Virus record (IMG/VR): IMGVR_UViG_3300025536_000011
Direction: 5' to 3' (one strand)
DNA: 64,000 bases
DNA from: a virus
Of the stretch, positions 9,761 to 18,301 are shown piece by piece (the first letter of the stretch is position 1; each line of letters starts with the position of its first letter). A program made the translations under genes and the position numbers. The notes below the pieces were generated by a model. That model made no database searches. It was given only the letters and a program-made list of their open reading frames with translations, and was not told the DNA's origin.

Positions 9761-9776
9761 AAGAAGGAGCAGTAAA

Positions 9777-10013
9777 ATGGCTACATTGTACATCCCAATC
9801 CACACGAATCTTACAAAACTACCAGAATTACTTTGGATGAAGTCGGCTAATACCGGCATATTTTCTAATCCAGAAGCAAGCGGGATTGTATTACACGAGA
9901 TTTATCCTACAAGAGCCGCACTATTACCAGACGATGTACGCTTAACGGTAGTCTTTAAGAAAGAAACTAACGCATTGCCAGGGTCGGCACCGAGCCTCAT
10001 AGAGTTCTTCTAA
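9777..10013 (+). CDS. Hypothetical protein
   Basis: Preceded by AGGAG SD; last gene of the + block. Confidence 0.55.
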   Translation: MATLYIPIHTNLTKLPELLWMKSANTGIFSNPEASGIVLHEIYPTRAALLPDDVRLTVVFKKETNALPGSAPSLIEFF

Positions 10014-10234
10014 TCAAAGAATTTCTTAAATACAAAAGACCCTATTAGGGTTAGTAAGCCGCCTAAAAAGCCGCCTATTAGCCCTGATTTTACTTTAAGG
10101 GTCGTTACAGCTTCCAATATCTCGTTGATCTTACGATTAGTTTCCTCGCGAAAATCATGTACGTCTTTTTGTACACCCTCAAGAGTTTTTAATACATATT
10201 TACGATTTTCCAGCCAATCGCCATTATCACTCAT
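10010..10234 (-). CDS. Small coiled-coil + C-terminal TM protein (holin/XhlA-like)
   Basis: Coiled coil followed by one hydrophobic helix GLIGGFLGGLLTLIGSFVF and a basic tail. Confidence 0.5.
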   Translation of the reverse strand: MSDNGDWLENRKYVLKTLEGVQKDVHDFREETNRKINEILEAVTTLKVKSGLIGGFLGGLLTLIGSFVFKKFFD

Positions 10235-10235
10235 A

Positions 10236-10592
10236 TTATCTAACCCCCGTTGTATTATCAAGATAACGTATTTCTCTCAAGGAGGTAATGCCGGACGGCT
10301 TAATGCCAGACGACCTACGATCATCCCCCCAAGCTAAATCGGCCTCATCTCGCCCTTGTGGAACAGTTGGTAAGCCAAATAAAATAACAGCATTTTTGCA
10401 TAACTCCAGAGATTTTCGTATTTCTGGATTACTTTCAAAATTTTTTTGTCTTTCTAAGACTTCGACTACATGTCTTGGTGTTGGATTAGCAATAAAACCA
10501 ACCTGAAAAGCAAAGCCTGGTAGCCTAATGCCGCTAGCCATAGCTGCCGACTCCATATTAACTGTTACCAAGTATCTTACTTCATTTGCCAT
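10236..10592 (-). CDS. Hypothetical protein of the putative late operon
   Basis: ORF from MANEVRY; contains ASG/SSG/PSG motifs like its neighbours; start chosen by eye. Confidence 0.5.
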   Translation of the reverse strand: MANEVRYLVTVNMESAAMASGIRLPGFAFQVGFIANPTPRHVVEVLERQKNFESNPEIRKSLELCKNAVILFGLPTVPQGRDEADLAWGDDRRSSGIKPSGITSLREIRYLDNTTGVR

Positions 10593-10624
10593 TATCCCAC
10601 TCCACACTGCATAAGGTTTTGGCA

Positions 10625-11701
10625 CTATTGCCTCTGTGGTCCAATTTTTTCTACAATAACCCAACACTCATTTTCAATAAATTGTATTGTGTCTAAGGCA
10701 TTGGTTTGTCTTTGTGCTCTAATTCTTAGTATATCTCTTGGCCGTGCTTCAAATAGAAATATGGCCGAATTTGTTCCCTTTCCATGATCTGCGTCCTGAC
10801 TAAAAGTATAAGTAGCACTGGCAGCGATAGCAACAGCATTTAGTGTAGCATCTACTTTTATGGTAGCCGGAGAAGCCGACGACGTTGGCTCCCACGACAC
10901 ATTATAAGTACACTTATAAAGTCCAGATGACATAATAGTAATAGCATTACCAGCCGCCGCTGACGACTCTAAGTGAGCATAATTTTGATCAGTAAATACA
11001 TCTGCCGAAAAAATTAAATTTGTAGTCCCGGTCGTCGCAATTGGCTGACTTCCGCCAGTATTGGTATATTTTCCTATCCCAGATCCGATGCTAACATTAA
11101 TAAATCCAGAGCCAGTATTCACGCCTAAAGTACCAAGCCCTAGAGACGCCGCAGTGGCCTGTGCTGGCGTAGCAAAGCCACCCATATTATCAGCAACCTG
11201 AGAATGTAACAAAAATAATAAATCCCCAGTTTCAAAAGATGTGATAGGTAACGGAATAAGCCCCGACATACGGATCTCGCTGAATCCTCCAGTATGAGCA
11301 AATCTTGTTTTCGCTGAATCGGCAACTAAGATCATATTGCCGCCCGCAGTATCAATAATAACGTTTGGACTATTTAGATATGCTTCTTGTAGACTGATGC
11401 TTTCAAAGCTACCTAAATTTTTAAATGAGATGCCGCCGTCTACTGATAGTTGGAAATCAAGTGCATCTTGACTAAATCTCATAACGCCAGAAGTAGCGTC
11501 CCCTTCGGTTGGTTCAAATAATAGTTTATGTGGATTAAAAATACCACTAATAATATGTACATTACCAAAAGGAGTGAGCGTGTTAATTTCAAACTCCTGT
11601 GTATGGTTGTCTCCTAAAGTGTTTCCATGAATACCCAAAGAAGCACCGGCAAATTGAGTGAAATTACTACCCCGACGAGATAATAAATCATTGGTGTTCA
11701 T
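10625..11701 (-). CDS. Putative virion surface/fibre protein, paralog 1, C-terminal C1q/TNF-like beta-sandwich
   Basis: Shared blocks SGV.RF, SVDGG.SF, LQ.AY, SLG.GT...NTGSG.N.S.GSG; C-terminal SGLYKCTYNV...FLFEA..DIL.I pattern. Confidence 0.6.
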   Translation of the reverse strand: MNTNDLLSRRGSNFTQFAGASLGIHGNTLGDNHTQEFEINTLTPFGNVHIISGIFNPHKLLFEPTEGDATSGVMRFSQDALDFQLSVDGGISFKNLGSFESISLQEAYLNSPNVIIDTAGGNMILVADSAKTRFAHTGGFSEIRMSGLIPLPITSFETGDLLFLLHSQVADNMGGFATPAQATAASLGLGTLGVNTGSGFINVSIGSGIGKYTNTGGSQPIATTGTTNLIFSADVFTDQNYAHLESSAAAGNAITIMSSGLYKCTYNVSWEPTSSASPATIKVDATLNAVAIAASATYTFSQDADHGKGTNSAIFLFEARPRDILRIRAQRQTNALDTIQFIENECWVIVEKIGPQRQ

Positions 11702-11703
11702 TA

Positions 11704-12762
11704 TTATATACCACTAATACGAGACTCGTGGCGTCTCGCACCAATCTTCTCTACTACGCACCAGCAATCATTAGGCAATGTTACAATAGTTGAGGCGGTT
11801 GTAGTACTAGCATATTGACAATAAATAGTGAAGAAATCACCAGCGTTGGCTTCTGTTAAAAATGAACCATGAGCAGTATTCTCGCCATCTGTCGTATCTC
11901 GATGAAAAGTATATGATATGCCGTTACTAAGAGATTCGTGTAAATTTCTTCTGACATAAGTTTTAATAGTCCTTGGATTATTACCACTTGTACGATCTAA
12001 AGTAATATTATATGAAATTCTATATAAACCTGGCGATAAAACAATAAATGTTCTAGGAGGAGGGACGTGTCCAACTCCGCCAGCATTACCTGCAACATAA
12101 TTTAAATCACTAAAATCTTGCAAACTCATTGGTACAGCAACCCCAGAAGTGCTAGTATCTACTGTAACAGCAATACTAGATCTAAATTGAGCAATACCAG
12201 AGCCAATAGATATATTGACAATACCAGATCCAGTATTTAATAATAATGTTCCAACACCCAAAGACCTAGAACGAGCTATAGCACTACTTGACGAACCGTG
12301 TAGTGGGTTGCCAGAAGTAATACTATGGATTAACATGGTTAAGTCGCCAAGGACATGCGATGTCTGTGGGTGTGCTACCAGACCAGAAATATTAATTGGA
12401 GTTCTACGACTATCTGTACCAAAAATTACGTTTGAACTTTGACTGATAAAATTAATATTATCAAATGTGGAATTAATGATTGCTACTTCGCCATTGTTGT
12501 ATAGCGTTTGTAACGTTTCAGTAGGATTAATAATATTCGTAAAAGACAATCCTCCATTAACAGAAAATTGGAACCTCTTAAGTTCAGCATCAAATCTTAA
12601 TACACCCGACTCACCATAATTGTCGTGATAAACACCGCTCATGTGACACATCACTAAATATGGTCTTAAGGTACTAAAATTAAATGAACCGCGTGATATG
12701 CCTTCTGAAATTCCAATATGGCCTCTGCCACTAGAGATAGGTAATGTATCTTGTATATGCAT
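11704..12762 (-). CDS. Putative virion surface/fibre protein, paralog 2
   Basis: Same blocks; SPGLYRISYNI, FLTEANAGD, VEKIG. Confidence 0.6.
   Translation of the reverse strand: MHIQDTLPISSGRGHIGISEGISRGSFNFSTLRPYLVMCHMSGVYHDNYGESGVLRFDAELKRFQFSVNGGLSFTNIINPTETLQTLYNNGEVAIINSTFDNINFISQSSNVIFGTDSRRTPINISGLVAHPQTSHVLGDLTMLIHSITSGNPLHGSSSSAIARSRSLGVGTLLLNTGSGIVNISIGSGIAQFRSSIAVTVDTSTSGVAVPMSLQDFSDLNYVAGNAGGVGHVPPPRTFIVLSPGLYRISYNITLDRTSGNNPRTIKTYVRRNLHESLSNGISYTFHRDTTDGENTAHGSFLTEANAGDFFTIYCQYASTTTASTIVTLPNDCWCVVEKIGARRHESRISGI
12218..12240. repeat. 23-nt direct repeat ACAATACCAGATCCAGTATTTAA (second copy 13282-13304)
   Basis: Exact match between paralogs 2 and 3, encoding LNTGSGIV. Confidence 0.85.
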
Positions 12763-13874
12763 TATATGTATAAAATAGCCGATTCATGTCTGCGGCTTCC
12801 TATTTTACGAATAAAAATATATGCTTGATCTTCCATTATAACAGACGTATTACTAGCAGTCACACTACCATCATATCCACATTGTAAATTTAAATAGTCT
12901 CCGGCCTTCGCTTCTAATAAAAACGTAGCATGGCATGACCCCTCTCCAGCAGCGGTCGTCGCCGCCAAACAATACGACGTGCTGTGTAATAGTGGCTCAT
13001 GTGTGTTACGAAACATTTGACATTTAATTAAATGCAGGTCATTGCCAGCATTTTTGTCAAACGAAACATGATACGAACACTCATATAGGCCGGGGGACCA
13101 TATCAATAGACTCTTAGGTGCTACGAATGGTCCAATCTGTCCTATATTACCATGAAAATTATTCAAATCACTAAAATCTGATATAGACGTAACAACAACG
13201 GTACCTGAATTTGAGGCTGTATCAATATTGCTTGCCGTGCCACCACGGAAGTGAGCATATCCAGAACCAACACTAACATTAACAATACCAGATCCAGTAT
13301 TTAACATAATGGTCCCAATGCCAAGCGATCTAGCTTTTAATATCGCTTCTGTTTGCTCTGTAATATTGATTGGGGTGCCAGACGTAATGCTGTGATTGAG
13401 CATTAATAAATCGCCGGGATTATTAGTATTTACTGGAATTGCTCCAGACAAATTAATAGGAGCTACAATAGAATAACTATCAAAGTATAGTTTGCGAGTA
13501 TTGCCCAAAATCCTAACAGCACCGGGGGAACTTGTAATTAATACGTCATTGTCTTTTTCATAGGCGGTTTGTAAAGTATTAGTTCTTTCCTGAAAAAAAT
13601 TAGCAAAAGTTAAGCCACCATCTACTGATTTCTGTAATTGTTTAGTGGAACCAGAACGACCAAAGCGGATAACGCCAGATGTCCCTTTTAAGGGATCGTG
13701 ATATATGCCGCTTAAACAATGGACATGAAAAAATGGATATAAATCAAGAAATGTTAGTCCTAAACCAAGTGCTCCAATTTCACCGTCCTTGGTGCCAAGA
13801 TTAATACCAAGAGCAGCTTTACCACTCACACTAGCTATTAAATCATTGACCCTAACCATAGAACCTAACTCCAA
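12762..13874 (-). CDS. Putative virion surface/fibre protein, paralog 3
   Basis: Same blocks; SPGLYECSYHV, FLLEAKAGDYL, IRKIGSRRHES. Confidence 0.6.
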   Translation of the reverse strand: MELGSMVRVNDLIASVSGKAALGINLGTKDGEIGALGLGLTFLDLYPFFHVHCLSGIYHDPLKGTSGVIRFGRSGSTKQLQKSVDGGLTFANFFQERTNTLQTAYEKDNDVLITSSPGAVRILGNTRKLYFDSYSIVAPINLSGAIPVNTNNPGDLLMLNHSITSGTPINITEQTEAILKARSLGIGTIMLNTGSGIVNVSVGSGYAHFRGGTASNIDTASNSGTVVVTSISDFSDLNNFHGNIGQIGPFVAPKSLLIWSPGLYECSYHVSFDKNAGNDLHLIKCQMFRNTHEPLLHSTSYCLAATTAAGEGSCHATFLLEAKAGDYLNLQCGYDGSVTASNTSVIMEDQAYIFIRKIGSRRHESAILYI

Positions 13875-13881
13875 TTATAAC

Positions 13882-14526
13882 TTATACGCACCCAATTATA
13901 ACGACTCGCCCAGATGTTACTTGATTAAACGTAACAGTAACAACATTAGAGGACGTAGTTGCAATTTCGTCTGGAATAATTACTAATCTTGGCGAATTGG
14001 AGTCATAAACTGTTACAATAACGTCTGTCGTTCCTATATTATGATTGACCGTCCAAGTACTTTGAGAGCTAAAGGTTTCGGCATAGCAACGTGCCATAGT
14101 GCTTGGGAAGCCATTGGTAGGGAAACGCCATAAACCAGAAAGTCCAAGAGTATTAACGCTCCAAAGCAACGGAGAGGCATCAGCAGTATCTTGAATAACG
14201 ATAAAACCAGAGGCCGGGCTTGCGAAATCAACTGCTCCAGTTAAGTTTGCATCTCCTAATACGCCTACACTAGTAACCGTGCCACCCGCCGTGGCAAGAT
14301 CATTAAATGTCAAGCCGCCGTCAACAGAAACCTGGAAAGCTGCTGCTGCTCTACTATATCTAAGAACACCAGACTGACCTAATAGAGTATCATGCCAGAT
14401 GCCAGAATTCATATGGATATGGCTAAACGGAGATATGCTAGTAATATCGAATTGGCTATCGCCAGTTTGGTTGACGCCTATACTGGCTATACCAGACGAA
14501 ATGGGAAGAAGATCATTAAATCTCAT
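13882..14526 (-). CDS. Putative virion protein, paralog 4 (shared N-terminus, tail-fibre-type C-terminal domain)
   Basis: N-terminus NDLLPISSG...SGIWHD..GQSGVLRY..SVDGGLTF matches paralogs 1-3; C-terminus TWTVNHNIGTTDVIVTVYD...FNQVTSGRVVI. Confidence 0.6.
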   Translation of the reverse strand: MRFNDLLPISSGIASIGVNQTGDSQFDITSISPFSHIHMNSGIWHDTLLGQSGVLRYSRAAAAFQVSVDGGLTFNDLATAGGTVTSVGVLGDANLTGAVDFASPASGFIVIQDTADASPLLWSVNTLGLSGLWRFPTNGFPSTMARCYAETFSSQSTWTVNHNIGTTDVIVTVYDSNSPRLVIIPDEIATTSSNVVTVTFNQVTSGRVVIIGCV

Positions 14527-14528
14527 TA

Positions 14529-15758
14529 TTACTCTCCGTGGCTAAATGTACTAACGACAACTTCGCATAATTGCTCTAATACCCGACCATTTGGTATATT
14601 ACAAGTTTTAAGAAAATCAATAGCATATGGTCTCTTTTTTAAGATATCTTTTGGTAAAAATTTAAATGCCAAGAAAATTTCATGATAATTATCAATATTT
14701 TCCTCAATACCAGTATTCTGTGCCCATAGCCTGAATTTACCATAAGCTACTAGATTAGTGACATCAAAAGAACCACGTTTTGCCTCTAAGTAAGAGGAAA
14801 ACTGTGGAGCATACCATCGGTCTAGAAAATAGAGGCTAATATCTTCTAGACGTTCCTTTACGGCATGTCTACGAGCATACTCTGGTTCTAATGTAATGAT
14901 GATAAATAATGCCCAAGGCATAATATGACCTACCATAAAACAAGTATCATCAGCACCACTACCTCCACGCCATGCTGGTATGTCAAAAGAAAGTTGTTGA
15001 TGCCATTCTCCAGGCTGGCCATAAAATCCCCTATCGCCAGCCCGTCTCCATGAGGTATTTAATACTTGAGTAATATATTCAAGCAGAAATGTTTTTTGTT
15101 CAGATAATCTGCGTCTCGTGATTGGCCATTCGTCACGAATGACACCGGCATCCCTAAATAGTTCTAAAGCTTTAATAACTCTTAAGTGAGTGCCCCAAAT
15201 TCTAGCCGTTGGTCTTGTACTCGCAATATATGGACGACTTCTTGGGTATCTGTCGCTACCACAAATATCATTATTGTAAAATAATAAAATACCATTAAGT
15301 ATGGCCGCTCTACGGGTTTCGTCGGTCTCTTCTAGATACCACAGTGCTAAAGATCCTGCTTCTTGATTATGTTGATTATCCCATGTTTCGCGGGAACTCG
15401 TTTCACCAGGGATTATATAGGCGTCGGAAGCACCTCTTGGACTATGTGTAGCTCTATAATGTGCCCAGGCTAAACCGTTGTGCCTAGCGATAGGATCATT
15501 ATATATTTTCCAGGCTAACCACCACCTAAGAAGTCTATCTTCCTGATTAGATCCTCCGCCCATACCGGCGTCATAATATTCTCCCCTCGAATTATCAGGG
15601 ACAGGAACCAAGGACGCCGGCACATAACTACGTTCTGCTTCGTTTAAAACAGAGTCTAGCTGTGCTCTTGTTGGAACACGAAAGACGGCTATCTTCGATG
15701 TATCTATTTCTGACATACAAAATCCCTGTAATATAAGTAAAGCAGTTATTAGCCACAT
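14529..15758 (-). CDS. Hypothetical Trp/Arg-rich protein with N-terminal hydrophobic signal-like segment
   Basis: MWLITALLILQGFC start; helical, aromatic-rich; unlike the flanking Ser/Gly/Thr-rich genes. Confidence 0.55.
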   Translation of the reverse strand: MWLITALLILQGFCMSEIDTSKIAVFRVPTRAQLDSVLNEAERSYVPASLVPVPDNSRGEYYDAGMGGGSNQEDRLLRWWLAWKIYNDPIARHNGLAWAHYRATHSPRGASDAYIIPGETSSRETWDNQHNQEAGSLALWYLEETDETRRAAILNGILLFYNNDICGSDRYPRSRPYIASTRPTARIWGTHLRVIKALELFRDAGVIRDEWPITRRRLSEQKTFLLEYITQVLNTSWRRAGDRGFYGQPGEWHQQLSFDIPAWRGGSGADDTCFMVGHIMPWALFIIITLEPEYARRHAVKERLEDISLYFLDRWYAPQFSSYLEAKRGSFDVTNLVAYGKFRLWAQNTGIEENIDNYHEIFLAFKFLPKDILKKRPYAIDFLKTCNIPNGRVLEQLCEVVVSTFSHGE

Positions 15759-16039
15759 ATGACTACCCGTCCCGAGAATGGTCTATTAAAAAGTAAACTA
15801 ATAAAATTGATACCGCCATTTAATATAATCCTATCAGGTATAACCTGCTCTCTAGGAGAGCTATCATCATAAACAGTTACCATAACGTCAATGGTACCAA
15901 GTCCATGCATAAAAACTCCACTTGTGACATTACTAAAATTAGCAGCATATTTCTGTATGCCAGAGCTACTACCTCCAGATGAGGTACCGCTTCCTGGCGG
16001 TCCAGAAAAGGAAATTAATCCGCCTATACCTAGTCCCAT
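15749..16039 (-). CDS. Small virion-type protein sharing the C-terminal domain of 13882..14526
   Basis: HGLGTIDVMVTVYDDSSPREQVIPD...FNRPFSGRVVI, preceded by a Gly/Ser linker. Confidence 0.6.
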   Translation of the reverse strand: MGLGIGGLISFSGPPGSGTSSGGSSSGIQKYAANFSNVTSGVFMHGLGTIDVMVTVYDDSSPREQVIPDRIILNGGINFISLLFNRPFSGRVVICG

Positions 16040-16476
16040 TAGCCAAACCTAAGTATCCTTAAATCTGAGTCCCCGCCACTAATTACGTATAATCTTACCT
16101 GGTCATTCCCCTGTAAATCAATAGACATTTTTTCACCCGTAGCTAATGGGAACCCATCACTTGTAGTTACTATAGAAGTACCAACATATAAAATGTCTGG
16201 GCCATTATTATGCAAGGCCATCACACGTTGATAAACAATCGACGGCAGCGGAACCGCCGCCGTACTTATATCCATCTGCAAATTATCAAATGACTTATTA
16301 AGTGAGGTATCTTCGAAATTTAAAACTACGGCACCCTCGCCAGTTCTAGTTCTTAGCTGATCCCTAGAACCAACACCTGGGAATTGACTTGCAAAATTAG
16401 ATCCATTATAAATTGGGTGGTCGCGATTGTGTGGTAAAGAACCGCTCCCAATAGTAGTACTATACTCACGAGACAT
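16039..16476 (-). CDS. Putative structural/decoration protein (paralog pair member B)
   Basis: AGGAG SD; IGSG, VV.N.ED, L.N.GP..YVG, GFPLA shared with 16489..16926. Confidence 0.55.
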   Translation of the reverse strand: MSREYSTTIGSGSLPHNRDHPIYNGSNFASQFPGVGSRDQLRTRTGEGAVVLNFEDTSLNKSFDNLQMDISTAAVPLPSIVYQRVMALHNNGPDILYVGTSIVTTSDGFPLATGEKMSIDLQGNDQVRLYVISGGDSDLRILRFG

Positions 16477-16488
16477 ATATCAGTCTCC

Positions 16489-16926
16489 TTAATATAGTAA
16501 GATCCTGATTGCACTAGTTGAGTCTGAGCGTGCCCAAATCTCTGTGGATTTTAACAACGGTAACTCCAACCTATTATTTGGAGCAGTAGTTGCTAAAGAA
16601 AAGCCGCTAGGGCTAATGACCGAAGTTGAATTAGGGCCAATATATGCTACGCCGGGGCCTTCATTTTGAAGAATAATGCCTTTCTGATGAGCTATTAAAT
16701 AGTGATTACCATCCCATATTTTACTTGGGGTAATCCCAAAGGCTACACCAGAAGTGGCAAAAAACTTTGATGAAGTGATATCTTCGGGGTTAACAACAAC
16801 CACATTTGTGCCATAACGCTCACCGCGAGCCTGGTTATTAGCAGTGCCGCCCTGGCCAGAAGGAAGGATACTACGTATTTTGTCTATGGTGCCAGACCCT
16901 ATTACACTCACGCTCTCATGAGCCAT
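16489..16926 (-). CDS. Putative structural/decoration protein (paralog pair member A)
   Basis: Strong AGGAG SD; IGSG, VVVNPED, LQNEGPGVAYIG, GFSLA. Confidence 0.55.
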   Translation of the reverse strand: MAHESVSVIGSGTIDKIRSILPSGQGGTANNQARGERYGTNVVVVNPEDITSSKFFATSGVAFGITPSKIWDGNHYLIAHQKGIILQNEGPGVAYIGPNSTSVISPSGFSLATTAPNNRLELPLLKSTEIWARSDSTSAIRILLY

Positions 16927-17025
16927 ATTTGTCTCTCCTATAAATGGTTAGGGAGACGATTGGCCTCACCTAACATAACTTAACTAAACAGAGTCAATCT
17001 AGGAGAGAAATACACTAAGCGGCTG
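16927..17025 (-). promoter_or_regulatory. Structured leader: anti-SD/SD inverted repeat enclosing a hairpin
   Basis: TCTCTCCTA (16932-16940) and TAGGAGAGA (17000-17008) form a perfect 9-bp inverted repeat, one arm being the SD of 16489..16926; inner stem GTTAGG(16947-16952)/CCTAAC(16969-16974). Confidence 0.6.
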
Positions 17026-17424
17026 TTAGCCGCTTGCTGGCAAGCTGTGAAATTTAACTGTATTTAAGAAGGTGGGCATATTATCGAATTTAATCTGTCT
17101 AATGACCCAATCTTGCTCTCGAAGCCTTGGAATATAAGTTGCTAGAATGTCGCCATCGTTATAGAGTTCAATGTCTGCATAACCACTCTTACCATTTTTA
17201 AGATTAAAATAGAAAACAATACCACCCTCATAAGGCATGTTACTAATACGACTAGGCATTATATTATGTGTAATGCATAAACCTAGTAATCTCCAAGCTA
17301 ATACGGTCGCTATTCCATTAACTCCAATAGTTGTTTTGTTATAACTATCAAAACCATCTTTAATTAAAGATAAGCGTATTATAGCATCAATTATTTCTTT
17401 AATCTCAGTAGGCTGATAAGCCAT
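17026..17424 (-). CDS. Hypothetical protein
   Basis: Packed ORF. Confidence 0.5.
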   Translation of the reverse strand: MAYQPTEIKEIIDAIIRLSLIKDGFDSYNKTTIGVNGIATVLAWRLLGLCITHNIMPSRISNMPYEGGIVFYFNLKNGKSGYADIELYNDGDILATYIPRLREQDWVIRQIKFDNMPTFLNTVKFHSLPASG

Positions 17425-17605
17425 ATTTATTCATGTCCCACTTAGGCCACTCTACTCTTTTATGTTTTCTCAGGCAACCATTTGGGCATGGCACAAAATC
17501 ATTAAGTCCAACCATTAATACGCCTTCGCCTGGTTTGATATCTCCATTAACGAGCATAATATGACCCTTAGTTGCTTGGCCAGTACCACCACAATACTTA
17601 CACAT
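17405..17605 (-). CDS. Small Cys-rich protein
   Basis: CKYCGGTG and CPNGC; TAA-ATG coupling to thyX. Confidence 0.45.
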   Translation of the reverse strand: MCKYCGGTGQATKGHIMLVNGDIKPGEGVLMVGLNDFVPCPNGCLRKHKRVEWPKWDMNKYGLSAY

Positions 17606-18301
17606 TTAAGCTCTCCATCCTATTTCTTTTAATGTTGCAATAGCCACGGGACATATATTTGCGTCTTCGACACAAGTTAGCATCTTTCTGGCGACCTCTC
17701 TAATTTCAGGCTGAGCGTGGTCAGAATCTCGTAGCCGAATATAATTAGCGAAGCTTCGCAAGTTCATAATAGTGGTACGCTCGACCATACCGGCGGTTGG
17801 AAGCTGACCTCTCAATACCTCTCGTATGCGTTTAAATTCTTGATTAGTAATTTTACCATCTTTTTCTGCATATTTTAATATATTAAGATTAAAATTATAA
17901 CTTTTAAATGCTAGTTCGCACGCTTTATCATAATCATGTCTTAAACAAGTACCTTCGGGTTCCATTTTATTCAAAATAACTCTACAATCATCTGGCATAT
18001 GAAAATAATCATTCGGCATTGTACGATATCTGCCCGATAGACCATTGTGGGAGGCGATCCTGTGCGTAACATGCTGTCGATCCGTAAAAATAGGCATTCT
18101 GATCCAGAATCTAAAAATAACAGATTCTATAGGCACTCCGTGACCATCAAGTATTAAACGCCTCACAATTGAGGCGACCTTTTCTGGATCGTCGTATTTA
18201 TCTTCACGCTTGTCTTTATCGTAAGTAGAAGTCCAGGCAGCATTTGCAATACTTGCATCACTACCCATTGTTTCTTGTAATTCAACTAAAATTTGACTCA
18301 T
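17606..18301 (-). CDS. thyX: Flavin-dependent thymidylate synthase
   Basis: MGSD, GHGVPIE, RQHVTHRIASHNGLSGRY (variant ThyX motif), NLRSFANYIRLR..HAQPEIR. Confidence 0.9.
   Translation of the reverse strand: MSQILVELQETMGSDASIANAAWTSTYDKDKREDKYDDPEKVASIVRRLILDGHGVPIESVIFRFWIRMPIFTDRQHVTHRIASHNGLSGRYRTMPNDYFHMPDDCRVILNKMEPEGTCLRHDYDKACELAFKSYNFNLNILKYAEKDGKITNQEFKRIREVLRGQLPTAGMVERTTIMNLRSFANYIRLRDSDHAQPEIREVARKMLTCVEDANICPVAIATLKEIGWRA

Noticed and set aside
10625-14526. Diversity-generating retroelement acting on the fibre paralogs
   Set aside because: No reverse transcriptase in the window and no ~100-nt TR/VR pair differing only at adenines; the identity blocks are only 15-23 nt.
16960-17000. 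Sigma-70 promoter from the TTGACT hexamer on the minus strand
   Set aside because: No acceptable -10 element at 16-18 nt spacing; TATGTT lies only 14 nt away.
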